Position numbers and translations under genes: made by a program
DNA from: a virus
Lineage: Duplodnaviria > Caudoviricetes
IMG/VR virus record: IMGVR_UViG_3300005336_000019
Coordinates: 1-64,000 of that record
Strand: one strand, 5' to 3'
Length of the DNA stretch: 64,000 nucleotides
Shown here: positions 1 through 9,354 of the stretch, in pieces
How the letters are laid out: each line of letters starts with the position of its first letter
Numbering within the stretch: position 1 is the first letter of the stretch
The notes under the pieces: model-generated
Databases searched by the model: none
The model's input: the letters and a program-made list of their open reading frames with translations, nothing else
What the model was told of the DNA's origin: nothing

Positions 1-2
1 GG

Positions 3-164
3 TGCGAGGTCGACACGGACGCGGCCGGGAACATCGTCCTGGTCAGGCGGTGCGCCGATCACAACCCGTGCGAGGGTCACGCCGGGGAGGACGCCGATCT
101 GATGAACCCGAACGTCGGGATGGGCGAGACGACCTACTGCGACGGGTCGTGCGTGCGCCGCTGA
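3..164 (+). CDS. 3' end of hypothetical phage protein (CEGH...YCDGSC motif), partial
   Basis: Frame 3 reads CEVDTDAAGNIV...CEGHAGED...MGETTYCDGSCVRR*; GC3-biased. Confidence 0.7.
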   Translation, partial: CEVDTDAAGNIVLVRRCADHNPCEGHAGEDADLMNPNVGMGETTYCDGSCVRR

Positions 165-237
165 CCATCCGCGTGCTTCGGGCGGGCATCCGGGAGACCG
201 GGTGCCCCACCGTGGACCACGGAAGGGAGATCGGCAA

Positions 238-771
238 GTGACCGACATTCAGATCAAGGACGAGAACACGTACCCGCTGAGCCTGTGGCGTGAGGCCCTG
301 GAGGTGGCAGAGGTGGCGGAGTTCTGCCCCACTGACACCCGGGAGTGGAACGGCGGAGAGCTGGGTGCCCTCGGAGCGTGGCTGTGTGACGAGCTGTACG
401 GCAAGCCCGTCAACCCGGACAACGTCCGGGAGGACACGGGTGAGATCGTCACGGAGAACGTCATCGACGGGGCGCTGGCCGTGCTCGACCAGGAGGACCG
501 GGAAACCCTCACTCCGGCCGACCTGCGCAAGGTGATCGAGTCCTACCGGGGCGAGACCTTCGACGACTTCGAAGAGCTGGCCCGGGACTACGCCGAGAAC
601 GACTACATCGGCCCGGACGACGAGAACCCGGCGCTCACGGAGTGGGAGGGGTTCAACTCCCCCGAGGACTTCGAACGCTGGTACACGAAGTACGGCACGG
701 GCGAGGGCGAGGTCTGCGGGGAGATCCGCGCGGGCGGGACCCTGATCTGGTTCGACAAGTTCAAGTGGTGA
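238..771 (+). CDS. ArdA-like antirestriction (acidic DNA-mimic) protein
   Basis: GTG after GGAAGGGAGA; very acidic; ESYRGETFDDFEELARDYAE resembles the ArdA Y.G.(Y/F)...E(D/E)(F/L)A motif. Confidence 0.6.
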   Translation: MTDIQIKDENTYPLSLWREALEVAEVAEFCPTDTREWNGGELGALGAWLCDELYGKPVNPDNVREDTGEIVTENVIDGALAVLDQEDRETLTPADLRKVIESYRGETFDDFEELARDYAENDYIGPDDENPALTEWEGFNSPEDFERWYTKYGTGEGEVCGEIRAGGTLIWFDKFKW

Positions 772-780
772 GGTGACGAG

Positions 781-1023
781 ATGCACGGATCGTATGACGA
801 CATGCGGGACATGCAGTACCGGGAGGAGAACCCGGGGTACGAGCGGGAGGTCGGCCTGACGGCCGGTGACCTGGAGGACTGCGACCCCGAGGTGGCCGTG
901 CTGGTGGCCGAGTCGTACGCCCGGGACAACGCCGCCCGCCGGGAGCAGAACCACCGGACCGAGGTCGCCGGTCTGCGGGCGCTGCTCGAAGAGCACGGGA
1001 TCGAGATCCCGGACCACCTGTGA
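781..1023 (+). CDS. hypothetical protein
   Basis: RBS GAGGTG, GC3 bias. Confidence 0.8.
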   Translation: MHGSYDDMRDMQYREENPGYEREVGLTAGDLEDCDPEVAVLVAESYARDNAARREQNHRTEVAGLRALLEEHGIEIPDHL

Positions 1024-1110
1024 TCACCGCGTGATTCAGGGGCGCACGGGAGGGGGCTCGTGCGCGCCTGTGTCCCACGGTGGGACGTGACGGACGGAAG
1101 GGACGAAGAC

Positions 1111-1668
1111 GTGATCAAGAAGCTGAAGAGGATCCTGGGGCTGGCCCTGGGGCCGTCGGAGTACGCGCCGAACCCGAGCGTGATCGGTTCGGTGGAGCAG
1201 TCGCCGAGCGGGAACGCCGTACTGCGCATCGGCAAGGCGACCGTGCCCGACGAGGGCCACCCGTCGTGGACGCAGACCGAGCACGTGGTGCTGAACGACG
1301 AAGAGCGGGACGAACTGATCGCCGTGCTCGACTCGCAGCGCGGATACCGCACGGTCAAGTGCGGTGACATCGTCGGCGTCGGCTCCATCGTGCTGGCCGT
1401 GCAGTACGCCCACGGCGGGGGCGGCGGAGAGCACCGCATCGGCACGGCCCTGGCGTGGACCGACCACAAGCGGGAGTACGTGGTCTACACCGTCGACCCG
1501 TACGGCGAGGTGAGCAACGGGACGTACACCTTCGACGAGCAGCGGGCGCTGAACGCGTACATCGCCCGGTCGAACGACCACCTGTTCCGTCACTTCAACG
1601 CCAAGCCCCCGGCCATCACGTACGGCCACGTCGCCGAGCGCGACGTGCTGAAGGGAGACAAGGCGTGA
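1111..1668 (+). CDS. hypothetical protein
   Basis: GTG after CGGAAGGGACGAAGA. Confidence 0.8.
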   Translation: MIKKLKRILGLALGPSEYAPNPSVIGSVEQSPSGNAVLRIGKATVPDEGHPSWTQTEHVVLNDEERDELIAVLDSQRGYRTVKCGDIVGVGSIVLAVQYAHGGGGGEHRIGTALAWTDHKREYVVYTVDPYGEVSNGTYTFDEQRALNAYIARSNDHLFRHFNAKPPAITYGHVAERDVLKGDKA

Positions 1669-1994
1669 ACCTGCCCGAGGACGTCGCCGAGGACTGGAAC
1701 GTGGTCATCACCGACCACATGCACTCTTCGGAGAGCCGGGACATCGTCAAGATCGAGAAGATCGACGCCGACGGTCTGATCCTGCGGCCGAAGCGCCCGT
1801 GGTCCAGTCAGGGGCGCAGCTTCCCGACCATGCGCCTGGACTGGGACGGCATGGAGATCGACGGGCTCACCGCCCGGCGGTACACCGTGCCGACCGGGAC
1901 GACGAGCCGCACCACGGCGGGCGTGCGATACGTCAGCCGCACGTACACCTTCCAGCCGCCCGCCGCATGGCTGAACGAGAAGAGGGGCCGATGA
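1665..1994 (+). CDS. hypothetical protein
   Basis: GTGA overlap, RBS AAGGGAGA. Confidence 0.8.
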   Translation: MNLPEDVAEDWNVVITDHMHSSESRDIVKIEKIDADGLILRPKRPWSSQGRSFPTMRLDWDGMEIDGLTARRYTVPTGTTSRTTAGVRYVSRTYTFQPPAAWLNEKRGR

Positions 1995-2263
1995 CCACGG
2001 GACGATACCCGGCGACGTCGTACGACAAGCTGAACGAGGACTGGGACGTGCGGGCGGAGCCGATCACACAGATCCGCCTCGCCTCGGAGCTGGCCCCGTG
2101 CGTGAGCGCCGGGATGGCCGTGCGCGGCGGCCCGCTGCGGGCGCAGCTTCCCGACGGTTCGAGCGGCCGGGAGATCGGCGCGGTGTCGATCGTGTGGAGT
2201 CAGACCGAGCAGGACGACGGCAGTCGTACGGTGCTCGGGTGGTACGAGTCCGGACGGAACTGA
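1991..2263 (+). CDS. hypothetical protein
   Basis: ATGA overlap, RBS GAGGGG. Confidence 0.75.
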   Translation: MTTGRYPATSYDKLNEDWDVRAEPITQIRLASELAPCVSAGMAVRGGPLRAQLPDGSSGREIGAVSIVWSQTEQDDGSRTVLGWYESGRN

Positions 2264-2294
2264 CGTCCGGGTGGCGGCCCGTGCACGGTGCCGC

Positions 2295-2311
2295 TAGTCT
2301 GGCCTAGGCCG
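2295..2311 (+). promoter_or_regulatory. -10 element TAGTCT followed by palindromic operator TGGCCTAGGCCG
   Basis: Member of the recurring TGRCCYRGGYCA family. Confidence 0.65.
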
Positions 2312-2396
2312 ACGGGTTCGGGAGCGGCCGGTCCTCCGGGATCGGCCGCTGACGTGCCGTGTCGGACGGTGAGTTGAATCGGAGAGGGAGAAGAAC

Positions 2397-2747
2397 ATGG
2401 GGACGTACGTCACCGACGGTGAGAACGAGATCGGCGTTGCCCTGACGGAGTCGTGGGCGGCCGTGTGGACCGTCGACACGGAGTACATCGAGGTCATCCG
2501 GCGCGACTTCTGGGACGAGCACGCCGACGAGATCAAGGCGGCGGCCGAGAAGGGCCGGGACTTCACCGACGAGAGCGGCAACAACGGCACCGTCGCGGTG
2601 ATCAGCACGAACGGCGACCTGGACGGCGAGGGGTTCCCGAAGAACTTCAACGACGCCTCGGAGTACGTCGCCGACGAGCTGTCCTCGTGGACCAGGTCGG
2701 ACGGCGGCGCGTACGAGCGGGCCACCATCGAGGGCTACAGCTACTGA
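2397..2747 (+). CDS. hypothetical acidic protein
   Basis: RBS CGGAGAGGGAGAAGA. Confidence 0.85.
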   Translation: MGTYVTDGENEIGVALTESWAAVWTVDTEYIEVIRRDFWDEHADEIKAAAEKGRDFTDESGNNGTVAVISTNGDLDGEGFPKNFNDASEYVADELSSWTRSDGGAYERATIEGYSY

Positions 2748-2760
2748 CGGGAGCGGCGGG

Positions 2761-3213
2761 ATGCAAGGGGAACTGATCCGGTACACGTGGGCTCCGAACC
2801 CCGGGATGGCCTGGGGCCTGGTCCACCTGTCGCAGGGGCGGGACGGCGACATGGTCGGCCCGTTCGTGTACGAGAGCTGGGAGGCGGCCGTGGCGGGCGA
2901 CAAGCGCGCCGGGGACACGCTGTACCGGGTCACCCGGCAGATTCGACCCGCCGACGAGAGCACCGGGACCCCGGATGCCGGGGCCTACGCCTTCGTGTGC
3001 AGTTCGGCCACGGAGTACACCATCTGGACCAAGCCCACGGTCAACGACGTGGGCGGGAGCGAGTACGACGGGGTGTGGTCCTTCCGGGACGCACCGGCCG
3101 CCGTGGAGCGCACCGGATGGGCGAACAAGGAGAACGCTCGGTACGAGGGACCGGATAACCCCCGGTTCGCAACGTTCCTGCTCACGTGGGACGTGACGGA
3201 AGAGGAGAAGTGA
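2761..3213 (+). CDS. hypothetical protein
   Basis: ORF tiling, GC3 bias. Confidence 0.8.
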   Translation: MQGELIRYTWAPNPGMAWGLVHLSQGRDGDMVGPFVYESWEAAVAGDKRAGDTLYRVTRQIRPADESTGTPDAGAYAFVCSSATEYTIWTKPTVNDVGGSEYDGVWSFRDAPAAVERTGWANKENARYEGPDNPRFATFLLTWDVTEEEK

Positions 3214-3214
3214 C

Positions 3215-3772
3215 ATGGCTCAGGTGCTGCGCGGAATCCAGATGTTCGACCGGGGCGACCGGGTCGAGATCGGGGACGGTGAACTGGCCACGGTCGAGCA
3301 CGACATGGGCGGCGAGGTCGTTCACGTGCACCCGGACGGGAGCCGGGGACGATACCCGCATGACGCCGTGCCGGTTGATCGGAACGGCGTGAAGCTGACC
3401 CGGCAGACCGAGAACGGCGAAGAGGTGCAGATCGAGATCTACTCGAACGGCTCCACGCACACCCTGTACGAGTGCTGCGGGTTCGACGAGTGCCGGGAGC
3501 GCATCCTGAACCTCGGTCTCGGCATCGTCCGGGACGAGGTGTTCGCCGGGGACCGGTTCGTGGTCGAGGTCGAGGGTGAGCCGGTCCGGATCACGGTCAA
3601 GCCGCTGGACGACCCGTCGTCCTGCATCTGGTGCTACGGGTGCGGCGACTTCCTCGCGCACGGCGAGGGCTGCGAGTGCGAGGACCGGGGGCACAACCCC
3701 GAGGCCGACCGGGAGCCGATGCGCCCCCTGGTCGTGGAGAACGGGCGACTGGAGCTGACGCCCTTCAACTGA
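3215..3772 (+). CDS. hypothetical Cys-rich protein
   Basis: RBS GAGGAG; CYGC and CEC motifs. Confidence 0.8.
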   Translation: MAQVLRGIQMFDRGDRVEIGDGELATVEHDMGGEVVHVHPDGSRGRYPHDAVPVDRNGVKLTRQTENGEEVQIEIYSNGSTHTLYECCGFDECRERILNLGLGIVRDEVFAGDRFVVEVEGEPVRITVKPLDDPSSCIWCYGCGDFLAHGEGCECEDRGHNPEADREPMRPLVVENGRLELTPFN

Positions 3773-3777
3773 GCGGA

Positions 3778-3837
3778 GACGCCCTAGGGTTCCCGGCCGA
3801 TGCCGGGGGCCCGGGAGTGTCGCTGATCGGGCGATGC
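3778..3837 (+). ncRNA. repeated structured intergenic RNA motif, copy A
   Basis: GACGC-CCTA-11 bp hairpin-GGGA-GTGTC, then an alternative hairpin. Confidence 0.65.
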
Positions 3838-3859
3838 CGGAACGGAGAAGGAGAACGGG

Positions 3860-4450
3860 ATGACCGAGATGGACGTGCTGGAGACGGCGGGCCGGTACCG
3901 GGTGCGTGTGGTTGTTCAGCAGGACTCGCAGGACTGCAACCCCCGCACCGAGCAGGACTGCAACCTGACGAACGTGATCACGCCGAAGGGTCAGCGGTAC
4001 ATCGACGTCGACAAGGACGGCGGCCCGCTGGCCGAGGGGTGGGAGCGGATCGAGGACCGGTACGTGGACGCCGTCCCGGTCTTCACCCGGTGGGCCCGGA
4101 TCTTCCACGGCGCCACCGTCGTCGAGCACCGGCCGCACGACGGCGCCTGGTCGCTGTGGTACGTGATGCCGGGGAAGCTGGCCGAGACGACGTGGCCCGC
4201 CGAGAAGGTCATCGAGTCGGAGCAGACCGAGTACCAGCGGTGGGCCGAGGGTGAGGTGTACGGGCACATCGTCGAGAAGGACGTGACCCGCATTCCCCGG
4301 GACGCCGAGGACCGCGACGACCCGGAGCTGGACGACGAGACCCGCGAGTGGGAGCACGTCGACTCATGCTGGGGTTACATCGGCCGGGAGTACGCCGAGG
4401 AGGCGGCCCGTGAGGCGTTCGCCCCGTACGCCGAGGAGGCCAAGGCGTGA
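3860..4450 (+). CDS. hypothetical phage protein (GEVYG...DSCWGY family)
   Basis: Motif WAEGEVYG...VDSCWGYIG; strong RBS. Confidence 0.85.
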   Translation: MTEMDVLETAGRYRVRVVVQQDSQDCNPRTEQDCNLTNVITPKGQRYIDVDKDGGPLAEGWERIEDRYVDAVPVFTRWARIFHGATVVEHRPHDGAWSLWYVMPGKLAETTWPAEKVIESEQTEYQRWAEGEVYGHIVEKDVTRIPRDAEDRDDPELDDETREWEHVDSCWGYIGREYAEEAAREAFAPYAEEAKA

Positions 4451-4755
4451 AGCGGGAGACGCGGGAGATCGCCCCGCTCACGGTGACCCGGGTCATCCGG
4501 GGCAGGCCGCCGGGCCACGTCGGGCCGTACTGGTTCGGCTTCGACATCAAGGTGAGCGGCCCGGCGGACGGGGCGTACGTGAGTGCCCGCGCTCGGGCCC
4601 TGGCGATGGCTGATGCGCAGGCCCTGTGTGCCGAGGTGAACGCTCCGGATCTGGTGCTCCAGTTCGAGCGGTCCGGTAACTGGGACGACCCCCGCACGTA
4701 CGAATGCACGATCAGCTTCGGTACCAGCCTTTCGGTGGAGGAGGACCCCCTGTGA
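4447..4755 (+). CDS. hypothetical protein
   Basis: GTGA overlap. Confidence 0.75.
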   Translation: MKRETREIAPLTVTRVIRGRPPGHVGPYWFGFDIKVSGPADGAYVSARARALAMADAQALCAEVNAPDLVLQFERSGNWDDPRTYECTISFGTSLSVEEDPL

Positions 4756-5075
4756 GCGGCGAGAACTGGACCCTGCCTGACGGTACGGAACTGGTCTACC
4801 AGGACGGCGACCACGTCACGATCGACATCGACCCCGGATCCCCGTCGGCCCTGCGCCTGCCGTTCCTGAGCGGCTACGTGCGGGGGTACGACGCCGTGAT
4901 CGAGGACGGCGGTCCGGCCCTGGTGGCGTACACGCTGTACAGCGTCGGGAACAACCCGCTGGTCGGCGTGAAGGAGGAACGGCTGAAGAAGACAGTCAGC
5001 CGGTTCGGGATCGGCCACGGCCGGGGTGCCCACGGTGACGGCAAGGCGTGCCACCTGTGCGGTGCGAACCTCTGA
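4752..5075 (+). CDS. hypothetical protein
   Basis: GTGA overlap, RBS GGAGGA. Confidence 0.8.
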   Translation: MSGENWTLPDGTELVYQDGDHVTIDIDPGSPSALRLPFLSGYVRGYDAVIEDGGPALVAYTLYSVGNNPLVGVKEERLKKTVSRFGIGHGRGAHGDGKACHLCGANL

Positions 5076-5081
5076 ACGGGA

Positions 5082-5141
5082 GGCGCCCTAGGGTGACCGG
5101 CTTCGGCCGGTCACCCGGGAGTGTCGCTCGAACGAGCGGAC
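5082..5141 (+). ncRNA. repeated structured intergenic RNA motif, copy B
   Basis: GGCGC-CCTA-GGGTGACCGGC(TTCG)GCCGGTCACCC-GGGA-GTGTC. Confidence 0.65.
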
Positions 5142-5154
5142 GGAGAGGGAGAAG

Positions 5155-5502
5155 ATGCTGACGAGTGAGGGCCTGAACAAGGGCCGTGCATGGGTGGCCA
5201 CGCCGGAGGAATACCTGGAGCGCGCGAAGCCGCACGTCCGGCAGCGCAACGAGCGGAGCATGCAGGGACACCGATTCGACATCATCATCGGTGACCTGTG
5301 CGGGAGCGGCGACTTCGCGTTCCCGTACCCCGGCCACTACGGGACCACGGCCCCGGTGACCGCCTTGCGCCGGGACCAGGCCGAGCACCTGACGGTCGAG
5401 CTGCTGAAGAAGCTGGCCCCGGGTGGTGAGCTGCCGACCGACGCGGCCGAGCTGCTGGACTTCGTGTCCAGCCTGATCCGCAGCGGTTCCGCTCCGGCCT
5501 GA
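5155..5502 (+). CDS. hypothetical protein
   Basis: RBS CGGAGAGGGAGAAG. Confidence 0.8.
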   Translation: MLTSEGLNKGRAWVATPEEYLERAKPHVRQRNERSMQGHRFDIIIGDLCGSGDFAFPYPGHYGTTAPVTALRRDQAEHLTVELLKKLAPGGELPTDAAELLDFVSSLIRSGSAPA

Positions 5503-5507
5503 CGGGA

Positions 5508-5566
5508 TGCGCCCCAGGGCAATCGGCTTCGGCCGGGGGCCCGAGAGCGCCGCTCGTGAGCGGTGT
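5508..5566 (+). ncRNA. repeated structured intergenic RNA motif, copy C
   Basis: TGCGC-CCCA-GGGCAATCGGC(TTCG)GCCGGGGGCCC-GAGA-GCGCC. Confidence 0.6.
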
Positions 5567-5718
5567 GAGCGGAAGGGAGGTGATCGTGATGAGCGAGGAC
5601 GAGTGGGAGAAGGCGGGCCGGGAGGCCGACGAGATCCTACGGAGGCTGAACGGCTGACCCGCCGGGCGACAGCACGATCCCGATGACAGAGAACTGACCC
5701 CGGAAGAGGGAGAAGAGC

Positions 5719-5844
5719 ATGACGCAGGAGAAGCCCGAGATGCCGGACATGATCAACGTTCCGGTTCCGGCCGACCAGCCGCCGCCGGAGGCCATCGCGG
5801 TCACCCCGGAGAACGCGGCGGCGATGGACGCCGACAAGAAGTAG
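5719..5844 (+). CDS. small hypothetical protein (41 aa, MTQEKPEMPD...)
   Basis: RBS CGGAAGAGGGAGAAGA; below the ORF-track cutoff. Confidence 0.7.
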   Translation: MTQEKPEMPDMINVPVPADQPPPEAIAVTPENAAAMDADKK

Positions 5845-5905
5845 CGGGCCGACGGCGCCGCTCGGGGTGGCCGGGAGACCGGCCGCCCCCTCGGAAGGGA
5901 GAGGC

Positions 5906-6274
5906 ATGCACGAACAGGACGTCTGGCGGGTGCGGTTCACCCGGCAGCACGGGGAAGCGTGGTCGCAGACCCTGGAAGGGCTGATCACCTTCCGGTACGG
6001 GGCCAGCGGTACATGGGCCGCACATGCGGCGCTGCTGCACTGGACCTGGATGTGCGGGGTTCCGGGTGCTGCCGAGAACTACCCCATGCGGTACCTCGTT
6101 GAGGCCATCCGCATGAAGGACGGCGAGGAGATCGTCGCCGGGAAGGCGACCGCCGTACGGGACTCCCTGGACGGGAAGTTCCTCAACGAGAACCAGGTGG
6201 ACATTCTTCAGTTCGACCGGGAGGGGACGCTGATCCGCACCCGGGAGAGCTGGACCGAGGCCGTCAGGCACTGA
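5906..6274 (+). CDS. hypothetical protein
   Basis: RBS GGAAGGGAGAGG. Confidence 0.8.
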   Translation: MHEQDVWRVRFTRQHGEAWSQTLEGLITFRYGASGTWAAHAALLHWTWMCGVPGAAENYPMRYLVEAIRMKDGEEIVAGKATAVRDSLDGKFLNENQVDILQFDREGTLIRTRESWTEAVRH

Positions 6275-6290
6275 GAGAAGGGAGTGGGAC

Positions 6291-6512
6291 GTGACCCTCA
6301 CGCTCACGAAGGAACGGGCGCCGGAGCTGAACGGAACGATCGAGATCCGCGCCGAATGGAACCACTCGTGCACGTCGCAGTGCTCGAACCCGTGCACCGT
6401 GAACCGGCTGGCCACGCCCGTCGTCACGGGCCGCATCCCGCAGCAGCCGGGGCCCCAGACGCCCCCGCCGCAGACGCCGAAGGTCCCGCAGCAGCCGGGC
6501 CCCCGGGACTGA
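6291..6512 (+). CDS. hypothetical protein, Pro/Gln-rich tail
   Basis: RBS AAGGGAG; PQQPGP occurs twice. Confidence 0.7.
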   Translation: MTLTLTKERAPELNGTIEIRAEWNHSCTSQCSNPCTVNRLATPVVTGRIPQQPGPQTPPPQTPKVPQQPGPRD

Positions 6513-6540
6513 GACCAGGACGACGGAGAGGCAGAAGATC

Positions 6541-6984
6541 ATGGGTGAGTGGACGCAGCACGGTCAGGTCTGGTCGGACGACGGCGACGTGGGCGGTGAC
6601 ACGCAGATCGGGAAGGCGGCCAGCGTCCGGTTCGTGAACCCGGACTACCCCGGCGCCCGGGTCACGGTGTACGCCTACGCCCACGCCCCCGAGCGGCCGA
6701 TCGAGGCGAAGGTCGGATCGATCGAGGTCCACATGGGCTACGGCCCGGACCTGGGCAACCTCGGGATCGAGTCGCAGGTCTGGTTCGAGATCGACGACGA
6801 CGCCGCCGGGGACGCCGACGAGTGGGACCCGACCTGGTCGGAGATCAAGCACGAGTCGCTGGACTCGTTCATCGGGCCCGGAACGGACGAGCAGCGCGTG
6901 GCCGTGGCCGAGGCGGCGGCACTCGCCTGGATCCGGTCGTACGACCCGAAGAAGTTCATCGACTGGGACGGCAAGCGGTTCTGA
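6541..6984 (+). CDS. hypothetical protein
   Basis: RBS, GC3 bias. Confidence 0.8.
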   Translation: MGEWTQHGQVWSDDGDVGGDTQIGKAASVRFVNPDYPGARVTVYAYAHAPERPIEAKVGSIEVHMGYGPDLGNLGIESQVWFEIDDDAAGDADEWDPTWSEIKHESLDSFIGPGTDEQRVAVAEAAALAWIRSYDPKKFIDWDGKRF

Positions 6985-7059
6985 GCCGGTGCGTTCGAGG
7001 CGCCGGGGGTCCACGGGTTCCCGGCGCCCAGTGCACACCGGACGGAAGGAGAGAGAAGC

Positions 7060-8031
7060 GTGAAGACGATCAGGGACGCCGAACAGACCACCCCGCAGCA
7101 GCTCAAGGGCATGACCCCGCCGGAGGTGGACGAGCTGTTCGCCGCCGTCTGGGACCGGCGGTACGAGCTGCTGGAGGACGTGTACGCCGCCTGGAACGAG
7201 GTGCACTACGCCGTCGGCGACCGCCGGGTCAGCACGCAGACGTGGCGCATGGGCCATGCCGAGGTGCAGGAGAAGGCGGCCGGGACCGAGCGGGGACGCA
7301 AGACGCTCGACCGGGTGAACCGGGCGAAGGGTGCAGTTGCCGAGCTGGACGGCACCGTACTGGTCAAGCTGGAGAACGAGTTCGGCCGCCGGGGCGGATG
7401 GTCCCGGGCCTACCTGGTCACCGACGGGCACGTGCACAGTTCGATGCACTGCTCTTCGTGCAACCGGGGAGAGTTCCCGACCCGGTTCTCCTGGATGATC
7501 GACTACTCCGGGAAGAGCATGGCCGAGATCGTCGAGGCCGCCGGGGAACGGGCCTGCACCATCTGCTACCCGGACGCACCGGTTGCCCGGCGGGACAAGG
7601 GCGAGAACGTGGCCGTGCCCAAGTCGGTGATGCTGACCTCCGAGGAGATCGAGCGGGCCGAGGCCAGGGAGGCGGAGGCCAAGCGCCGGGCGGAGAAGAA
7701 GGTCAAGGCCGCGCTGAACGCGATCACGCAGCCCGACGGCACGCCCCTGCGGGACGAGATGGGCCGCGACGGCAAGCAGAAGGGCTCGGTCGTGAAGACC
7801 TTGCGCACCGCCCGCTCCGAGCTGAAGCGGGAGTGCTGGTACGCATACGCCTGGGGCGACGACGACGGCGCCCACGAGCGGAACATCCAGCATCTGGGCC
7901 GGGCCGTGGCCTGGAAGGAGAACGGTTTGGAGGTCGGTACCGAACCGACCGCCGAGCAGATCGAAGCGGTGATCGTCCCGCTGCGGGACAAGGCCGTCAA
8001 GGAAGTCGACAAGGCCCGAGCCGAGGGCTGA
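7060..8031 (+). CDS. actinophage-type Zn-binding hypothetical protein (HVHSSMHCSSC...ACTICYPDAP)
   Basis: Recognisable motif; strong RBS. Confidence 0.85.
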   Translation: MKTIRDAEQTTPQQLKGMTPPEVDELFAAVWDRRYELLEDVYAAWNEVHYAVGDRRVSTQTWRMGHAEVQEKAAGTERGRKTLDRVNRAKGAVAELDGTVLVKLENEFGRRGGWSRAYLVTDGHVHSSMHCSSCNRGEFPTRFSWMIDYSGKSMAEIVEAAGERACTICYPDAPVARRDKGENVAVPKSVMLTSEEIERAEAREAEAKRRAEKKVKAALNAITQPDGTPLRDEMGRDGKQKGSVVKTLRTARSELKRECWYAYAWGDDDGAHERNIQHLGRAVAWKENGLEVGTEPTAEQIEAVIVPLRDKAVKEVDKARAEG

Positions 8032-8045
8032 AGGAGAGGGAGAAG

Positions 8046-8582
8046 ATGAACGAGACGACGGTACGGATCATCCACTGGATCTGGGGCGAGCCCCGGCTGG
8101 CCGACTTCCTGCGCGGCATCGCCGAGGGGGAGAAGATCCCGCCGCACGACGAGGCGTTCGAGTACGGCGACGACCAGCTCGCCTGCTGGATCTCCGACTT
8201 CGTCTTCCCGGAGGACCGCAGCCGGGGGATCAAGGCGTGGATCGACATCGACGGCGACGAGGCCCGGGTGACCGAGCTGTACGAGGCGCTGACCGAGGGC
8301 CGCAAGTCGCCCGCCGATCGGCTGAAGTGGCTCGACGAGATGGACATCGGCCTGATCCGGGACGCCCTGCTGGGACACAAGGGAGGGTCGGACGTCTACG
8401 TCCACTCCCTGGTCAAGCCGTACCACCCGAACAACATGTACCGGGTGCACGACTCCGGGACCGTGTACGAGCGGGGCTGGACGGCGGCCTCCGGCGCGTG
8501 GGGCCTGGCCGAGAAGGACCGTCAGGTCTGCACGAACCCGGCGGCCTCGCCGTGCGGGTGCAAGGTGGTCCAGCGTGGCTGA
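8046..8582 (+). CDS. hypothetical protein
   Basis: RBS GGAGAGGGAGAAG. Confidence 0.8.
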   Translation: MNETTVRIIHWIWGEPRLADFLRGIAEGEKIPPHDEAFEYGDDQLACWISDFVFPEDRSRGIKAWIDIDGDEARVTELYEALTEGRKSPADRLKWLDEMDIGLIRDALLGHKGGSDVYVHSLVKPYHPNNMYRVHDSGTVYERGWTAASGAWGLAEKDRQVCTNPAASPCGCKVVQRG

Positions 8583-8919
8583 GCTGAGCTGCACCTGTGA
8601 TCCCGGCGAATCGGTCGCCGGGACCCGGCAGGAGATCATCGAGCAGCGGCTGGCCCCGCTCTTCAGCCTCACAGTTCCCGAGGTTCACGCCCTGCTGGAT
8701 CTGCTGGACCGGGCGCTCGACCTCGCGCTCGACATCCCCGACGACGAGCGGAACCCGGAGGGCGGGGAGGCCGAGCGGCTGATGGCGCAGGAGTCCGGCC
8801 GCACCGAGGGCTGGATCAAGAACTTCCTGAGCGCATGGGAGTCAGTGTCCGACGCGCTGGACCGTGAACTGCACGAGAAGCACGGCCCGTGGGGCGGACT
8901 CTTCGGCAAACAGTCCTGA
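8575..8919 (+). CDS. hypothetical protein
   Basis: ORF tiling. Confidence 0.75.
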   Translation: MAELSCTCDPGESVAGTRQEIIEQRLAPLFSLTVPEVHALLDLLDRALDLALDIPDDERNPEGGEAERLMAQESGRTEGWIKNFLSAWESVSDALDRELHEKHGPWGGLFGKQS

Positions 8920-8924
8920 AGAAC

Positions 8925-8953
8925 TGGAACTTCACGGCCTAGGTCAGTAGGAT
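8925..8953 (+). promoter_or_regulatory. promoter TGGAAC-N17-TAGGAT with operator CGGCCTAGGTCA (8935-8946) in the spacer
   Basis: sigma70-like spacing plus palindrome. Confidence 0.65.
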
Positions 8954-8995
8954 TCGAGGGCCCCGGGAGAACCCCGGGGCCGGAGGAGGAACGGC

Positions 8996-9343
8996 ATGCA
9001 GCAGATGGACGAGTACCGGCGCACGGCCGAGTTTGTGGACGTGGTGGCCGGTGAGCCGGGCCAGGTGCACACGGTGTACCGCTTCCCGAACACGGAGGAG
9101 GGGCACGGCCGGGCGATGGAGTACCGCAACGCTTACAACGAGTCCCTGCGCGAAGCGATGAAGATTCCGAAGGCCGATCTGGAGCTGGAGCGGCCCGACT
9201 GGAACCAGCGCCGGGAGGAGTACGACCGGGCCGAGAAGGTCGAGCTGTACCGGTACAACCAGGCGGGCCTGTCCTACGTGCACCCGCCCAAGCTGATCGG
9301 CCCCGGTGACCCGATGCCGACCGACTACCCGCACGACTTCTGA
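8996..9343 (+). CDS. hypothetical protein
   Basis: RBS GGAGGAGG. Confidence 0.8.
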   Translation: MQQMDEYRRTAEFVDVVAGEPGQVHTVYRFPNTEEGHGRAMEYRNAYNESLREAMKIPKADLELERPDWNQRREEYDRAEKVELYRYNQAGLSYVHPPKLIGPGDPMPTDYPHDF

Positions 9344-9354
9344 GGAGATCCGGG

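Noticed and set aside
3781-5520. CCCTAGGG/CCCCAGGG in the three-copy motif as operator sites
   Set aside because: They share the CCYAGG core but lack the TG...CA flanks and adjacent -10 elements; RNA structure explains the conservation better, though a dual role is not excluded.
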